From IMG/VR virus record IMGVR_UViG_3300025120_012119, positions 1-57,230 of that record: a stretch of 57,230 bases of DNA; one strand, 5' to 3'. Position numbers and translations under genes: made by a program. The number at the start of each line of letters is the position of its first letter. Position 1 is the stretch's first letter. Positions 39,104-48,931 of the stretch are shown one piece after another. The notes beneath the pieces were generated by a model, which was given only the letters and a program-made list of their open reading frames with translations, did no database searches and was not told where the DNA came from. This stretch comes from a virus. Taxonomy: Duplodnaviria > Caudoviricetes.

Positions 39104-40090
39104 ATGGCAAAAACTTCCCTTTTAAAAGAACGTATAGTATATAAACCTTTTGAATATCAAGAGGCATCTGATTATTGGTTACAACAACAACAAGCACATT
39201 GGCTTCACACAGAAGTACCTATGATGTCTGATGTTAATGATTGGAAGCAAAATTTATCAGAAACAGAAAAAAATATTATTGGGACTATCTTAAAGGGATT
39301 TGCTCAAACAGAAACAGTAGTAAATGATTACTGGTCAACACTAGTTACAAAATGGTTTAGAAAACCAGAAGTAATTAAAATGGCTGTAACATTTGGGGCA
39401 TTTGAAACTATTCATGCTGAAGCATATTCTTTATTAAATGAAGAATTAGGTTTAGATGATTTTAGTGAATTTTTAGAAGATGAAGCTACAATGGCTAAAA
39501 TTGAAGCTTTAACATCTGTAAGAGATTCACATGATGGAACTCCTAATTGGCATGAAAGAGCTAAATCATTAGCTATATTTTCTGCTTTTACAGAAGGTGT
39601 TAATTTATTTTCTTCTTTTGCTGTTTTATTATCATTTAAATTAGATAATAAACTTAAAGGTGTAGGTCAAATAGTAGAATGGAGTATTAGAGATGAATCA
39701 TTACATTCAGATGCGGGTTGTTGGTTATTTAGAACATTAATGCAAGAACATCCAGAATTTAATACCCCTGAATTACAAGCTGATATTGAAGAAGCAGCAC
39801 AATTATCTTTAAAATTAGAATTAGATTTTATTGATAAGGTATATGAAATGGGTGATTTAAAAGGATGTCCTAAATATGATTTAGTATCCTTTATTAAACA
39901 TAGAGTAAATACTAAAATGAGTGATTTAGGATATGGACCTATTGTTAATGGAATAGATAAAGATGCAGTACAAAGAATGAAATGGTTTGATAGTTTATCA
40001 GCTGGAAAACAACATACAGATTTCTTTGCAAATAGAGTTACTAATTATTCAAAAGGTGTTCAAGATTGGGACGCTAACGCAATATTTTAA
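39104..40090 (+). CDS. nrdB: Class Ia ribonucleotide reductase beta subunit
   Basis: YKPFEY, ETIHAEAY, FTEGVNLFSSF, RDESLH, DFFANRVTNY. Confidence 0.95.
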   Translation: MAKTSLLKERIVYKPFEYQEASDYWLQQQQAHWLHTEVPMMSDVNDWKQNLSETEKNIIGTILKGFAQTETVVNDYWSTLVTKWFRKPEVIKMAVTFGAFETIHAEAYSLLNEELGLDDFSEFLEDEATMAKIEALTSVRDSHDGTPNWHERAKSLAIFSAFTEGVNLFSSFAVLLSFKLDNKLKGVGQIVEWSIRDESLHSDAGCWLFRTLMQEHPEFNTPELQADIEEAAQLSLKLELDFIDKVYEMGDLKGCPKYDLVSFIKHRVNTKMSDLGYGPIVNGIDKDAVQRMKWFDSLSAGKQHTDFFANRVTNYSKGVQDWDANAIF

Positions 40091-40093
40091 GAT

Positions 40094-41809
40094 ATGGAAA
40101 ATAACGCATTACAAGTAGATTATAGTAGTTGGGAAGCTGGAAAGCAATACCCAGAATGGATGGATGAAATTTCATTAGCAACTATTTCAAAAGGTTATTT
40201 ACTACCCGGAGAAACAGTAAGAACAGCGTATAAAAGAGTATCAAATGCTGCTGCTACAAGACTTAAAAAACCAGAATTATCAAATAAATTTTTTAAAATA
40301 ATGTGGAATGGTTGGTTAGGTTTAGCTTCACCTGTTTTATCAAATATGGGAACTGATCGTGGTTTACCTATTTCATGTTTTGGTGTTGATACACCTGATT
40401 CAATACGTGGTATTGGGTTAACTAATGCAGAATTAATGAAACTAACAGCTTCTGGTGGGGGTGTAGGTATTTCATTAAATCGTATTAGACAACGTGGTAC
40501 TGAAATAGCAGGAAATGGTAAATCTGAAGGTGTAGTACCTTGGGCAAAAATATATGATTCATCAATTATTGCTACCAATCAAGGTAATGTTAGAAGAGGC
40601 GCAGCATCAGTTAATTTAGATATTGAACATGGAGACATAGATGAATTTTTACAAATTAGAAGACCTAAAGGAGATCCTAATAGACAGTGTTTAAATTTAC
40701 ACCAATGTGTTGTTGTAGGTGATTCATTTATGAGAAAATTAGAAGCTAGAGATCCTGAATCAATGCAAAGGTGGGCTACTGTCTTAAAATCTAGAATGGA
40801 AACAGGAGAACCTTATATAATGTATAAGGATAATGTTAATAAAGATAACCCAATTGCTTATAGATTAAATAATTTAGAAGTAAGTATGACTAATATTTGT
40901 TCTGAAATTACATTGTTTACAGATGAAGAACATTCATTTATTTGTTGTTTATCTTCTATGAATTTAGCTAAATATGATGAGTGGAAAGACACAGATACTG
41001 TAGAATTAGCTACTTGGTTTTTAGATGGTGTAATGCAAGAATTTATAGATAAATCTAATGGTAAAGATTCGTTAAGAAGAACCCACCATCATGCTAAAAA
41101 AGGTAGAGCATTAGGTTTAGGGGTAATGGGTTGGCATTCATTTTTACAACAAAAAGGATTACCTTTTAATTCAATAGCATCTACAGCTCATACTCATAAT
41201 ATATTTTCAGATATTAGAGGAAAAGCAGAAAAAGCTTCAATGGCATTAGCTCAAGAATATGGAGAGCCATTATGGTGTAAAGGAACTGGTATGAGAAATA
41301 CTCATTTATTAGCAGTTGCTCCCACAGTATCTAATTCAGTTATTTGTGGTGGTATTTCAGCTGGTATTGAACCTTTACCTGCTAACATTTATACATTTAA
41401 TGGTGCTAAAGGTACTTTTATTAGAAAAAATAAAGTATTAGAAGGCATTTTAATAGAAAAAGGTGAAAATAAAGATAAGTGGTGGGATCAAATGTTAGCT
41501 GAAGATGGCTCAGTACAAAACCTTCCAGATAATGTATTATCTCCTGATGAAAAAGAATTATTTTTAACATTCCCAGAAACAAACCAACTAGAATTAGTTA
41601 GACAAGCTGCTATAAGACAAAAATATATTGATCAAACTCAATCTTTAAATTTATCATTTGATCCTAGTGATTCACCTAAATGGATTAATCAGGTACATTT
41701 AGAAGGATGGAAATTAGGAATAAAAACATTTTACTATCTAAGAACAGATTCAGTAATTAAAGGAGACTTAGGATCCAGAATGGCTGAATGTGTGTCCTGT
41801 GATGGTTAA
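40094..41809 (+). CDS. nrdA: Class Ia ribonucleotide reductase alpha subunit (short, no ATP cone)
   Basis: SPVLSN, PISCF, GGGVG, TNICSEI, CCLSS, APTVSNS, DQTQSLN, KTFYYLR, C-terminal CVSCDG. Confidence 0.95.
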   Translation: MENNALQVDYSSWEAGKQYPEWMDEISLATISKGYLLPGETVRTAYKRVSNAAATRLKKPELSNKFFKIMWNGWLGLASPVLSNMGTDRGLPISCFGVDTPDSIRGIGLTNAELMKLTASGGGVGISLNRIRQRGTEIAGNGKSEGVVPWAKIYDSSIIATNQGNVRRGAASVNLDIEHGDIDEFLQIRRPKGDPNRQCLNLHQCVVVGDSFMRKLEARDPESMQRWATVLKSRMETGEPYIMYKDNVNKDNPIAYRLNNLEVSMTNICSEITLFTDEEHSFICCLSSMNLAKYDEWKDTDTVELATWFLDGVMQEFIDKSNGKDSLRRTHHHAKKGRALGLGVMGWHSFLQQKGLPFNSIASTAHTHNIFSDIRGKAEKASMALAQEYGEPLWCKGTGMRNTHLLAVAPTVSNSVICGGISAGIEPLPANIYTFNGAKGTFIRKNKVLEGILIEKGENKDKWWDQMLAEDGSVQNLPDNVLSPDEKELFLTFPETNQLELVRQAAIRQKYIDQTQSLNLSFDPSDSPKWINQVHLEGWKLGIKTFYYLRTDSVIKGDLGSRMAECVSCDG

Positions 41810-41863
41810 ATACAACCAATATAGTTATAAACAACAATTAAATTAACAAAAACAACAAAAACA

Positions 41864-42397
41864 ATGAAAAACAAAATTTTCTTATTATTTTTATCATCAT
41901 TCTTAATTATAGGGTGTGGTAATAACAAAAATGTAGACCCAGCTTTAGCAGGAACAATAACAGATCCTCCTACAGTTACAACATCCCCAGCAAAATTTAC
42001 TTTAACAGTAATAAATAAAACTGATCAGGATATGAAATGGGAACAAAGTTGGGCTATGACAGGACCTGATTCTGGAGTAGTAAAAGCAGGTGAAACAGTT
42101 GAATTATCATCTAATGAAGTTGACTCAGATCACATTAATGTTTATCCTATTGCACCAAAAAGTGTAGATCAACCAAACCCGGGTAATGGTACTTTTGGTA
42201 TGCAATATGGTTATGATGGGCATATAGCACGTGTATACTGTGATAATGTATGTAATAAAGGATATCCAACGGCTGATGTACATTATGAAGGTACAAATTG
42301 GATATACGCAACTGAATGGCTAAAAGACCCAGCAGTACAAACTAATACAACTAACACAGTAACAATTACAACTCAAGTTTGGCCTATAACTAAGTAA
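41864..42397 (+). CDS. Putative lipoprotein
   Basis: Signal peptide and lipobox MKNKIFLLFLSSFLIIG-C. Confidence 0.7.
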   Translation: MKNKIFLLFLSSFLIIGCGNNKNVDPALAGTITDPPTVTTSPAKFTLTVINKTDQDMKWEQSWAMTGPDSGVVKAGETVELSSNEVDSDHINVYPIAPKSVDQPNPGNGTFGMQYGYDGHIARVYCDNVCNKGYPTADVHYEGTNWIYATEWLKDPAVQTNTTNTVTITTQVWPITK

Positions 42398-42406
42398 AGG
42401 ATCAAT

Positions 42407-42415
42407 ATATTTATA
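42407..42415 (+). promoter_or_regulatory. Putative late promoter ATATTTATA
   Basis: 28 nt upstream of the ATG at 42444. Confidence 0.5.
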
Positions 42416-42443
42416 ATTACAATTAATAAATTAAATTTAAATT

Positions 42444-42701
42444 ATGGCAACAAAAACAAGAAAACCAAAAGTTAAAAAAGTAAAAGAAGAAATTGCTGAA
42501 AAACTAACTCTTGCTAAAAAATTTTATAACTTAGCAAAAGCATGGATTGAAGGTAATGGAATTGAAGGATTTTTAGGATTAATTATAGGATTAATATTAT
42601 GGTCCTTTGGATATAAAGTTTATGCTGGATTCGCTTTTGGTGTATTTGCTACACGAAACTGGGATTTATTTAAGAACTGGATAAAAAGTTTTATAAAGTA
42701 A
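42444..42701 (+). CDS. Small membrane protein
   Basis: Basic N-terminus followed by hydrophobic FLGLIIGLILWSFG..YAGFAFGVFA. Confidence 0.7.
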   Translation: MATKTRKPKVKKVKEEIAEKLTLAKKFYNLAKAWIEGNGIEGFLGLIIGLILWSFGYKVYAGFAFGVFATRNWDLFKNWIKSFIK

Positions 42702-42725
42702 TTAATTATCAATATTTTTTAGTAG

Positions 42726-42752
42726 AAGGGGTGCACTTTGTGTACCCCTTTT
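42726..42752 (+). terminator. Intrinsic terminator
   Basis: AAGGGGTGCAC-TTT-GTGTACCCCTT followed by TT. Confidence 0.75.
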
Positions 42753-42761
42753 ATATTTATA
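42753..42761 (+). promoter_or_regulatory. Putative late promoter ATATTTATA
   Basis: Directly after the terminator, heading the 42809-48877 operon. Confidence 0.5.
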
Positions 42762-42808
42762 CCCAAATTATATTTAATTAAAAGTTTTAACCAATTAGTT
42801 TATAAATT

Positions 42809-43063
42809 ATGAACAAAATACAATTAAAAATTATGGCTTTTAAAGATATATTTAAAGACGACAACGACATTAATGAAAAAAGTGTAATTGGATTTTTATC
42901 ATTTTTAATAATGATAATATTTGCAGTTACAGATCTAATAACAGGTTACTTAGGGAAAGAATTATTACTAAATGAGTACATATATGATTCTTTCACCCTT
43001 ATAACTTTAGGATGTTTTGGAATAGCAGGATTAGAAAAAATATTCGGAAAAAAAGAAAATTAA
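42809..43063 (+). CDS. Two-TM membrane protein, holin candidate (start may be 42833)
   Basis: Two hydrophobic helices and a basic C-terminus (KIFGKKEN); in the same operon as the endolysin. Confidence 0.55.
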   Translation: MNKIQLKIMAFKDIFKDDNDINEKSVIGFLSFLIMIIFAVTDLITGYLGKELLLNEYIYDSFTLITLGCFGIAGLEKIFGKKEN

Positions 43064-43064
43064 T

Positions 43065-46000
43065 ATGAAAAAAGTATTATTGCTGTTATTGTGTATGATA
43101 CCATTCTTTGGTTTTTCACAATCAAATGACAGTTGGTTTAATTTAAAGGTTCAGTTTGATTATTATGGTCCATCTGAATCTTTTGCTTTAATAACACAAC
43201 AAGGAGATACATTAGTAAATTATCAACCTACAATCCCTTTTGAATTTTATCAAACATTAGTATATGCTGATTCAGGTGATATAGATATATCATTATTTGA
43301 TTCATTTGGTGATGGTTGGACTGGGGGTACCATAAATACTAATAGTGGTATAATAGCTAACATTTTAATGGAAAATACTTGTCAGGGAGTAATTTTAGAT
43401 TTAGATGCTAATTTTCCATTTACTCAATATGATACAACAGTAAATTTATTACCATGCCCACCACCAATTGCTGGGTGTATGGATTCAAATTCAGTAAACT
43501 ATAATCCTAATGCTACTGTAGATGACAGCAGTTGTTTATATAACGTAGATTTTAGTTTAAATATGAATCAATATAATGGTTCGTTTACAACACCTTATGT
43601 AGTAGGCCCATTTAATAATTGGACAGATGCAAACCCAATGGTAGATACAAATGGTAATGGTATTTGGGAAACTACAATAGCTCTTCCACCTGGGTTTACA
43701 GTTTGGAAGTTTATGTTAGATAATTTTGCGGATCAAGAATTACCATCTAATGTACAAAATGACCCACTAGCAAGTTGTTTTGTATTAGATCAATACGGGT
43801 TTACAAATAGAACTTTAGATGTAACAGCACAACCTATAACATTACCTACATATTGTTGGGAAAGTTGTTATGATTGTGGTGCTATTTTTGGATGTACAGA
43901 TCCAACATCAAACTTATATAATCCTTGGGCAACTTTAGATGATGGTTCGTGTACAGTAAGTGGACCAACTGGGTGTGATCCAGACCAAACATATATAGAA
44001 TTAGTATTTACTCCTGATAACTGGCCAAACGAAACAAGTATAATAGTTTACGATGATAGTGGAGCAGTATTTACAGCATCACAAGGAACATATATTGGAC
44101 AACCTGCTGGTATCCCAATCTCAGAATTTATTTGTGTTGATTCAAATGTATTAGTAGATTTTGTAATTGAAGACACATATGGAGATGGTTTAGGAGGTTC
44201 AACATCAGGAGGTTCTGTAGATGGAAATTTAGAAATATTTGATTGTGATGGAGTTGAATTATTTGATCTAGTAGATTCAGTAGGAGCTAATTTTGGGTAT
44301 CAATATACTTCTCCACAATTTAATACAGGTGATATTTGTTCATATAATGGGGGAACGGATGTATACGGTTGTATGAATCCATTCTCAACAACATATGATT
44401 CATTAGCAACAATAGATGATGGAAGTTGTGGCCCAGCAAGAGTAGTAGGTTGTACAGATCCAACTGCTTTTAATTACGATCCGAATGCTAATCAAACAGA
44501 AACAATGCAAGGTAATTATACCTTAGAAATATTTGATGGAGCTGCAAACGGATGGAGTGGAACTTGGTTAGGTATTAAACAAGGTAATTGGTTATCACCA
44601 CAATATAAAATAGGACCAAATAATGGTACTTCACTTACTTTTAATGTTCCATTAAATATTTTTGAACCAATTAAACTTTACTTATTTACAACTCAACAAT
44701 CAGCACAAACAATAAATCAGGTAGGATACACTCTAACAGGTCCGACTGGTGATACAATTGTAGATGTACCATATTTTACAGCAGGGCCATTACAATTTCC
44801 AATATGCCAATCACCAACAGCACAACCATTTTATGGTGATGTGTGTGTTCCTGTAATTTTAGGATGTATGGATTCAACTTCGTTTAATTATATTCAACCA
44901 ACAGGAGATCCTTTAGTTGATGTAAATACAGATGATGGTTCATGTGAACCTATAGTAGTTGGTTGTATGAATCCATTAGCATTTAACTATGATTCAACTG
45001 CTAATGTAGATGATCCTTCTTTATGTATACCTGTAGTAGTAGGTTGTATGGATTCAACATCATTTAACTATGATCCAAATGCAAACACTCCTGGTAGTTG
45101 TATTCCTGTATTATTAGGTTGTACAGATCCAACTTCATTTAATTATGATCCTAATGCAAATACTAATGATAATTCATGTGTTCCAATAATTACAGGTTGT
45201 ACAGATCCAACTTCATTTAACTATGATTCATTAGCAAATACAGATGATGGAAGTTGTATTGCAACTATATTAGGATGTACAGATCCTACTCAATTTAATT
45301 ATAATCCAGCTGCCAACACTGATGATGGGTCTTGTGTAGCAATAGTCTATGGATGTACAGATCCAACACAATTTAATTATGATCCTTTAGCTAATACTAA
45401 TAATGGTTCTTGTATTCCTATTATTTATGGTTGTATGGATTCTACTCAATTAAATTATAACCCATTAGCTAATACTGATAATGGAACTTGTATTCCATTT
45501 GTATATGGTTGTACAGATCCACAATCTATAAATTATGACCCCTTAGCAAATACAGATGATGGTAGTTGTATTCCGATATTATATGGTTGTACTGATTCTA
45601 CATCATTTAACTACAACCCCTTAGCAAATACAGATGATGGTAGTTGTATTCCTATAGTTTATGGTTGTACAGATCCTTCAGCTTTTAATTATGATCCAAA
45701 TGCAAACACAGAAGACTTTAGTTGCATACCAGTAGTTTATGGGTGTACAGATTCTACTGCTGTAAATTATGATTCAACTGCAAATGTAGATAATGGTTCT
45801 TGTATAACAGCAATTCCAGGATGCACTGATCCAAATGCATATAATTACGATCCAAACGCTAATGTTTCAGATTCAACAGCTTGTTTATATGATGCTGGTT
45901 GTATTGATGGACCAGGTAACCCATATTGGCTAAATGATCAATGTTATGCTTGGGTAATTGATGTAGATAATTACTGTTGTAATAATGAATGGGATCCTAC

Positions 46001-46298
46001 GTGTCAAGAAATGTATAATTATTGTGAAGATGGTTGGCCAGAAGGAATTGATATTTGGGAAAACCAAAGAATGTTCAATAGTATAGTTATTTTCCCTAAC
46101 CCAACAAAAAACACTTTAAATGTTAAAACTGGAGGTTTAGAAGAAGTAAAATATACTTTATATGATTTTACAGGTAAATTACTAAATGAAGGTATAGGTG
46201 ATGGAATAATTGATTTATCACAATATTCAAATGGTGTTTATTTTTTAAACATAGATTATAATGGAAACACATATAATAAAAAAATAATTAAAAACTAA
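43065..46298 (+). CDS. Secreted Cys-rich repeat protein with a C-terminal T9SS (Por) type-A sorting domain
   Basis: Sec signal MKKVLLLLLCMIPFFGFSQ; 17 GC(T/M)D..NY.P.AN.DDGSC repeats; CBM48/early-set-like segment (YVVGPFNNW..MVDTNGNGIWETTIAL); CTD IFPNPTKNTLNV..GVYFLNI..NKKIIKN. Confidence 0.85.
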   Translation: MKKVLLLLLCMIPFFGFSQSNDSWFNLKVQFDYYGPSESFALITQQGDTLVNYQPTIPFEFYQTLVYADSGDIDISLFDSFGDGWTGGTINTNSGIIANILMENTCQGVILDLDANFPFTQYDTTVNLLPCPPPIAGCMDSNSVNYNPNATVDDSSCLYNVDFSLNMNQYNGSFTTPYVVGPFNNWTDANPMVDTNGNGIWETTIALPPGFTVWKFMLDNFADQELPSNVQNDPLASCFVLDQYGFTNRTLDVTAQPITLPTYCWESCYDCGAIFGCTDPTSNLYNPWATLDDGSCTVSGPTGCDPDQTYIELVFTPDNWPNETSIIVYDDSGAVFTASQGTYIGQPAGIPISEFICVDSNVLVDFVIEDTYGDGLGGSTSGGSVDGNLEIFDCDGVELFDLVDSVGANFGYQYTSPQFNTGDICSYNGGTDVYGCMNPFSTTYDSLATIDDGSCGPARVVGCTDPTAFNYDPNANQTETMQGNYTLEIFDGAANGWSGTWLGIKQGNWLSPQYKIGPNNGTSLTFNVPLNIFEPIKLYLFTTQQSAQTINQVGYTLTGPTGDTIVDVPYFTAGPLQFPICQSPTAQPFYGDVCVPVILGCMDSTSFNYIQPTGDPLVDVNTDDGSCEPIVVGCMNPLAFNYDSTANVDDPSLCIPVVVGCMDSTSFNYDPNANTPGSCIPVLLGCTDPTSFNYDPNANTNDNSCVPIITGCTDPTSFNYDSLANTDDGSCIATILGCTDPTQFNYNPAANTDDGSCVAIVYGCTDPTQFNYDPLANTNNGSCIPIIYGCMDSTQLNYNPLANTDNGTCIPFVYGCTDPQSINYDPLANTDDGSCIPILYGCTDSTSFNYNPLANTDDGSCIPIVYGCTDPSAFNYDPNANTEDFSCIPVVYGCTDSTAVNYDSTANVDNGSCITAIPGCTDPNAYNYDPNANVSDSTACLYDAGCIDGPGNPYWLNDQCYAWVIDVDNYCCNNEWDPTCQEMYNYCEDGWPEGIDIWENQRMFNSIVIFPNPTKNTLNVKTGGLEEVKYTLYDFTGKLLNEGIGDGIIDLSQYSNGVYFLNIDYNGNTYNKKIIKN
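44856..45884 (+). repeat. 13 tandem coding repeats of about 78 bp (26 aa), GCTDPxxFNYDPxANTDDGSC
   Basis: Directly visible in the translation and in the DNA (ggttgtacagatcca... recurring). Confidence 0.9.
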
Positions 46299-46299
46299 T

Positions 46300-47355
46300 A
46301 TGAAAAAAATATTATTAATATTACTAATAATTCCTTTTACAGTTTTAAGCCAAGACGACTTCCCAGCTAAAGTAAAAAAAGCATTTAAATTTTCAACATT
46401 TTATGGTGCTATTAATGGTGGAAACTCTATATCTGATGTAGATGTATTTTCAGTTACTAATGGTTTACAAACCTCTACTATTAAAACCCCATTTGATTAC
46501 TCAATAGCATTAGGAGTTAGAAAAATAGCTAGATTTGGGTATGAAAATAGAGAAAATGTTTTTTATGATGGTACTGAAAAATCATACTCAGATGCTGCCA
46601 CAATTGGAAAAATATCAGGTTTTGAGTTTTTATTTGAAACCGTATGGAGTAGACAACAGGGAAGATCTTATTTAAATCAAGATTATTTTATGAGATATGT
46701 AGCTGATAAATGGATAGCAAAAATAGAATTTTTAGAAGATGGTTTTGCTGATATTAGATTTTTTGAAGTATCTCAAAGGTATAGATATAAATTAAATAAT
46801 AAATTATCATTTAATGTAGGAGCAGTTCAAAGGTTATCTGAACCTTATGGTTATGATCCTTTAGAAGAATGGTTGTTATCAAATGGTAATTTACATTACA
46901 CATTTTTAGCAATACAAGAAGGATATTCTGTAAATTTTAATGATCCTAATAATATACAATATTTAAACCCTAATGGTGATATAGTAGCTAGTAGCACTGA
47001 TGTTTGGGAACAAGTAGTAATTCCTCAAGTCCTATCAGATTATACAGAAAAGAAAAAAAATGAAATTGCATCACAATTTGAATATTCTTTTGTAGCTGGT
47101 TTTGATTATTACCATTATACTAAAGATTTTTGGTTACATTCTTGGGGAAATATTATGCCTTATCACATTGATACAAAAAACCGATATAGTTATCACAAAT
47201 ATAATAACGGTCAATGGTTTGATTGGAGTGGTGGATTAATATTTGGGTATAAATTTAATAGGCATTTAGGTTTGTTTTTAGAAGGAAAATATAATAAATA
47301 TTGGAACAGACAATGGCATGACTTTAGTGTAGGTGTAAATTATATAATATTTTAA
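46300..47355 (+). CDS. Putative outer-membrane beta-barrel protein
   Basis: Signal peptide, aromatic-rich alternating strands, BamA-type C-terminus FSVGVNYIIF. Confidence 0.65.
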   Translation: MKKILLILLIIPFTVLSQDDFPAKVKKAFKFSTFYGAINGGNSISDVDVFSVTNGLQTSTIKTPFDYSIALGVRKIARFGYENRENVFYDGTEKSYSDAATIGKISGFEFLFETVWSRQQGRSYLNQDYFMRYVADKWIAKIEFLEDGFADIRFFEVSQRYRYKLNNKLSFNVGAVQRLSEPYGYDPLEEWLLSNGNLHYTFLAIQEGYSVNFNDPNNIQYLNPNGDIVASSTDVWEQVVIPQVLSDYTEKKKNEIASQFEYSFVAGFDYYHYTKDFWLHSWGNIMPYHIDTKNRYSYHKYNNGQWFDWSGGLIFGYKFNRHLGLFLEGKYNKYWNRQWHDFSVGVNYIIF

Positions 47356-47359
47356 AAAA

Positions 47360-47644
47360 ATGGCAAAAGAGTTAAATGAAGATACAAGTGTAAAAGTAAG
47401 TGTAAAAACTTTAGGAGGTATCGCAGTTTTAATATTTACCCTTGTAGGTATGTGGTTTACACTACAAGCAGAAATTCAAGAAGCAAAAGAACTTCCAAAC
47501 CCGTTACCACCAGATGTAACTAGAATGGAATATGATATGAAAGATCAATTAATCCGTCAAACTATTATGTCAACTCAAGAAGATGTTAACGAGTTAAAAG
47601 AACGCATGATAAGAATGGAAGAGAAGATCGATAAATTAAGATAA
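47360..47644 (+). CDS. Single-TM coiled-coil protein
   Basis: TM segment LGGIAVLIFTLVGMWFTL followed by a heptad C-terminus. Confidence 0.65.
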   Translation: MAKELNEDTSVKVSVKTLGGIAVLIFTLVGMWFTLQAEIQEAKELPNPLPPDVTRMEYDMKDQLIRQTIMSTQEDVNELKERMIRMEEKIDKLR

Positions 47645-47649
47645 TTATT

Positions 47650-47982
47650 ATGAAAAAACTGTTAATAATATTACTGTTAACTGTAGCATGTACTTTTTCA
47701 GCACAATCACAAATAATAGTAACTCATTTTAATGCAGAATGGAATTCCCCTAATAAAGCAGAATGGGTAGGAAAATTAACAGATTGTGAAATTACATATG
47801 TAGATATTGCTAAAAACCCAAAACTTCAACAAAAACATAAAGTAGTGGTTGTACCTACAATTATTATATTTAAAGATGGTGAAGAAATAAAAAGATATCA
47901 AGCAGATATTTCTTTTAAAATGTTAGCAACTAAAAACGAACTCCAAGAAGAAATTGATGAAATTATAATGAGTTCATTCTAA
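47650..47982 (+). CDS. Exported thioredoxin-fold protein lacking CxxC
   Basis: Signal peptide, HFNAEWN in place of F.A.WCxxC, VVPTIIIFKDGEEIKR. Confidence 0.75.
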   Translation: MKKLLIILLLTVACTFSAQSQIIVTHFNAEWNSPNKAEWVGKLTDCEITYVDIAKNPKLQQKHKVVVVPTIIIFKDGEEIKRYQADISFKMLATKNELQEEIDEIIMSSF

Positions 47983-47992
47983 AATAAAAAAA

Positions 47993-48877
47993 ATGGTATT
48001 AAAAATAGGATCAAAAGGAAGTATAGTTAAAGATTTACAAGAATTTCTAGAAATAGAAGCAGATGGTATATTTGGTAAGGGAACAGAACGTGCAGTAAAA
48101 GCATTTCAATCAAATATGAATTTAATAGTGGATGGTTTAGTAGGACCTAAAACTATGGATTTAATGGGGTTAGTAAGTACTGATTTAGCAGAAAAAACGT
48201 ATGTAACAGAAAATGGTTTACTTATTAATAAACATTACTTACCATTAGGAGAATATAAAGAAGGAGCTTGGAATAAAGAATATTTATTTTTACACCACAC
48301 TGCAGGTTGGCATAACCCATTTAGAACAATTGATCATTGGGGTAGAGATGATAGAGGAGCAGTTGCTACTGAATTTGTTTTAGGAGGACAATCAATAAAA
48401 GGAAATGATAATCAATATGATGGAGAGGTAGTTCAAGCATTCCCAGAAGGTGGGTTTGGATGGCATTTAGGAAAAAATGGTTCACAACACATGCATGTAC
48501 ATTCTGTAGGTATTGAAGTTAATAATTTTGGATACCTTAAAAATGGGAGAACATATGCTGGACAATTAGCTGATGATTCCCAAGTTGTTGAATTAAATGA
48601 ACCTTTTAAAGGATATAAAGAATGGCACAGATATTCTAACAAACAAATTGAAAATTTAAAAAAATTAATACTATATATAGCAGACAGAGATAATATTGAT
48701 GTTAGACAAGGGCTCCCAGCTGTAATTAAAAAGCATGGGGTTGCTAAAGGATTTGATTTTAATGAAGATGCTTATTACGGTAGAATAAAAGGATTGTGGA
48801 CTCACACAAATACAAGAAAAGATAAATTTGATATGTTCCCTCAACAAGAACTAGTTGATATGTTATTAAGTTTATAA
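47993..48877 (+). CDS. Endolysin: peptidoglycan-binding domain plus N-acetylmuramoyl-L-alanine amidase (Amidase_2-like)
   Basis: LKIGSKG..LQ..ADGIFGKGTERAVKAFQ..VDGLVGPKT; FLHHTAG, WHLG, SVGIEV, THTN..K.D. Confidence 0.88.
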   Translation: MVLKIGSKGSIVKDLQEFLEIEADGIFGKGTERAVKAFQSNMNLIVDGLVGPKTMDLMGLVSTDLAEKTYVTENGLLINKHYLPLGEYKEGAWNKEYLFLHHTAGWHNPFRTIDHWGRDDRGAVATEFVLGGQSIKGNDNQYDGEVVQAFPEGGFGWHLGKNGSQHMHVHSVGIEVNNFGYLKNGRTYAGQLADDSQVVELNEPFKGYKEWHRYSNKQIENLKKLILYIADRDNIDVRQGLPAVIKKHGVAKGFDFNEDAYYGRIKGLWTHTNTRKDKFDMFPQQELVDMLLSL

Positions 48878-48883
48878 TATAGT

Positions 48884-48912
48884 TTGGATACTTTATCTTT
48901 TGTTTGTATCAT
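48884..48912 (+). promoter_or_regulatory. TTGGAT-N17-TATCAT promoter
   Basis: TTGGAT at 48884-48889, TATCAT at 48907-48912. Confidence 0.55.
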
Positions 48913-48931
48913 ACATAATTAAATTTATAAT

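Noticed and set aside
32926-41809. Introns, inteins or homing endonucleases in pol, helicase, recombinase or nrdAB
   Set aside because: ORFs are continuous and of normal or short length; no intein or HNH/LAGLIDADG/GIY-YIG motifs seen.
44856-45884. 78-bp repeats as a CRISPR array or DGR template/variable repeats
   Set aside because: In-frame protein repeats; no cas or reverse transcriptase gene and no adenine-specific variation seen.
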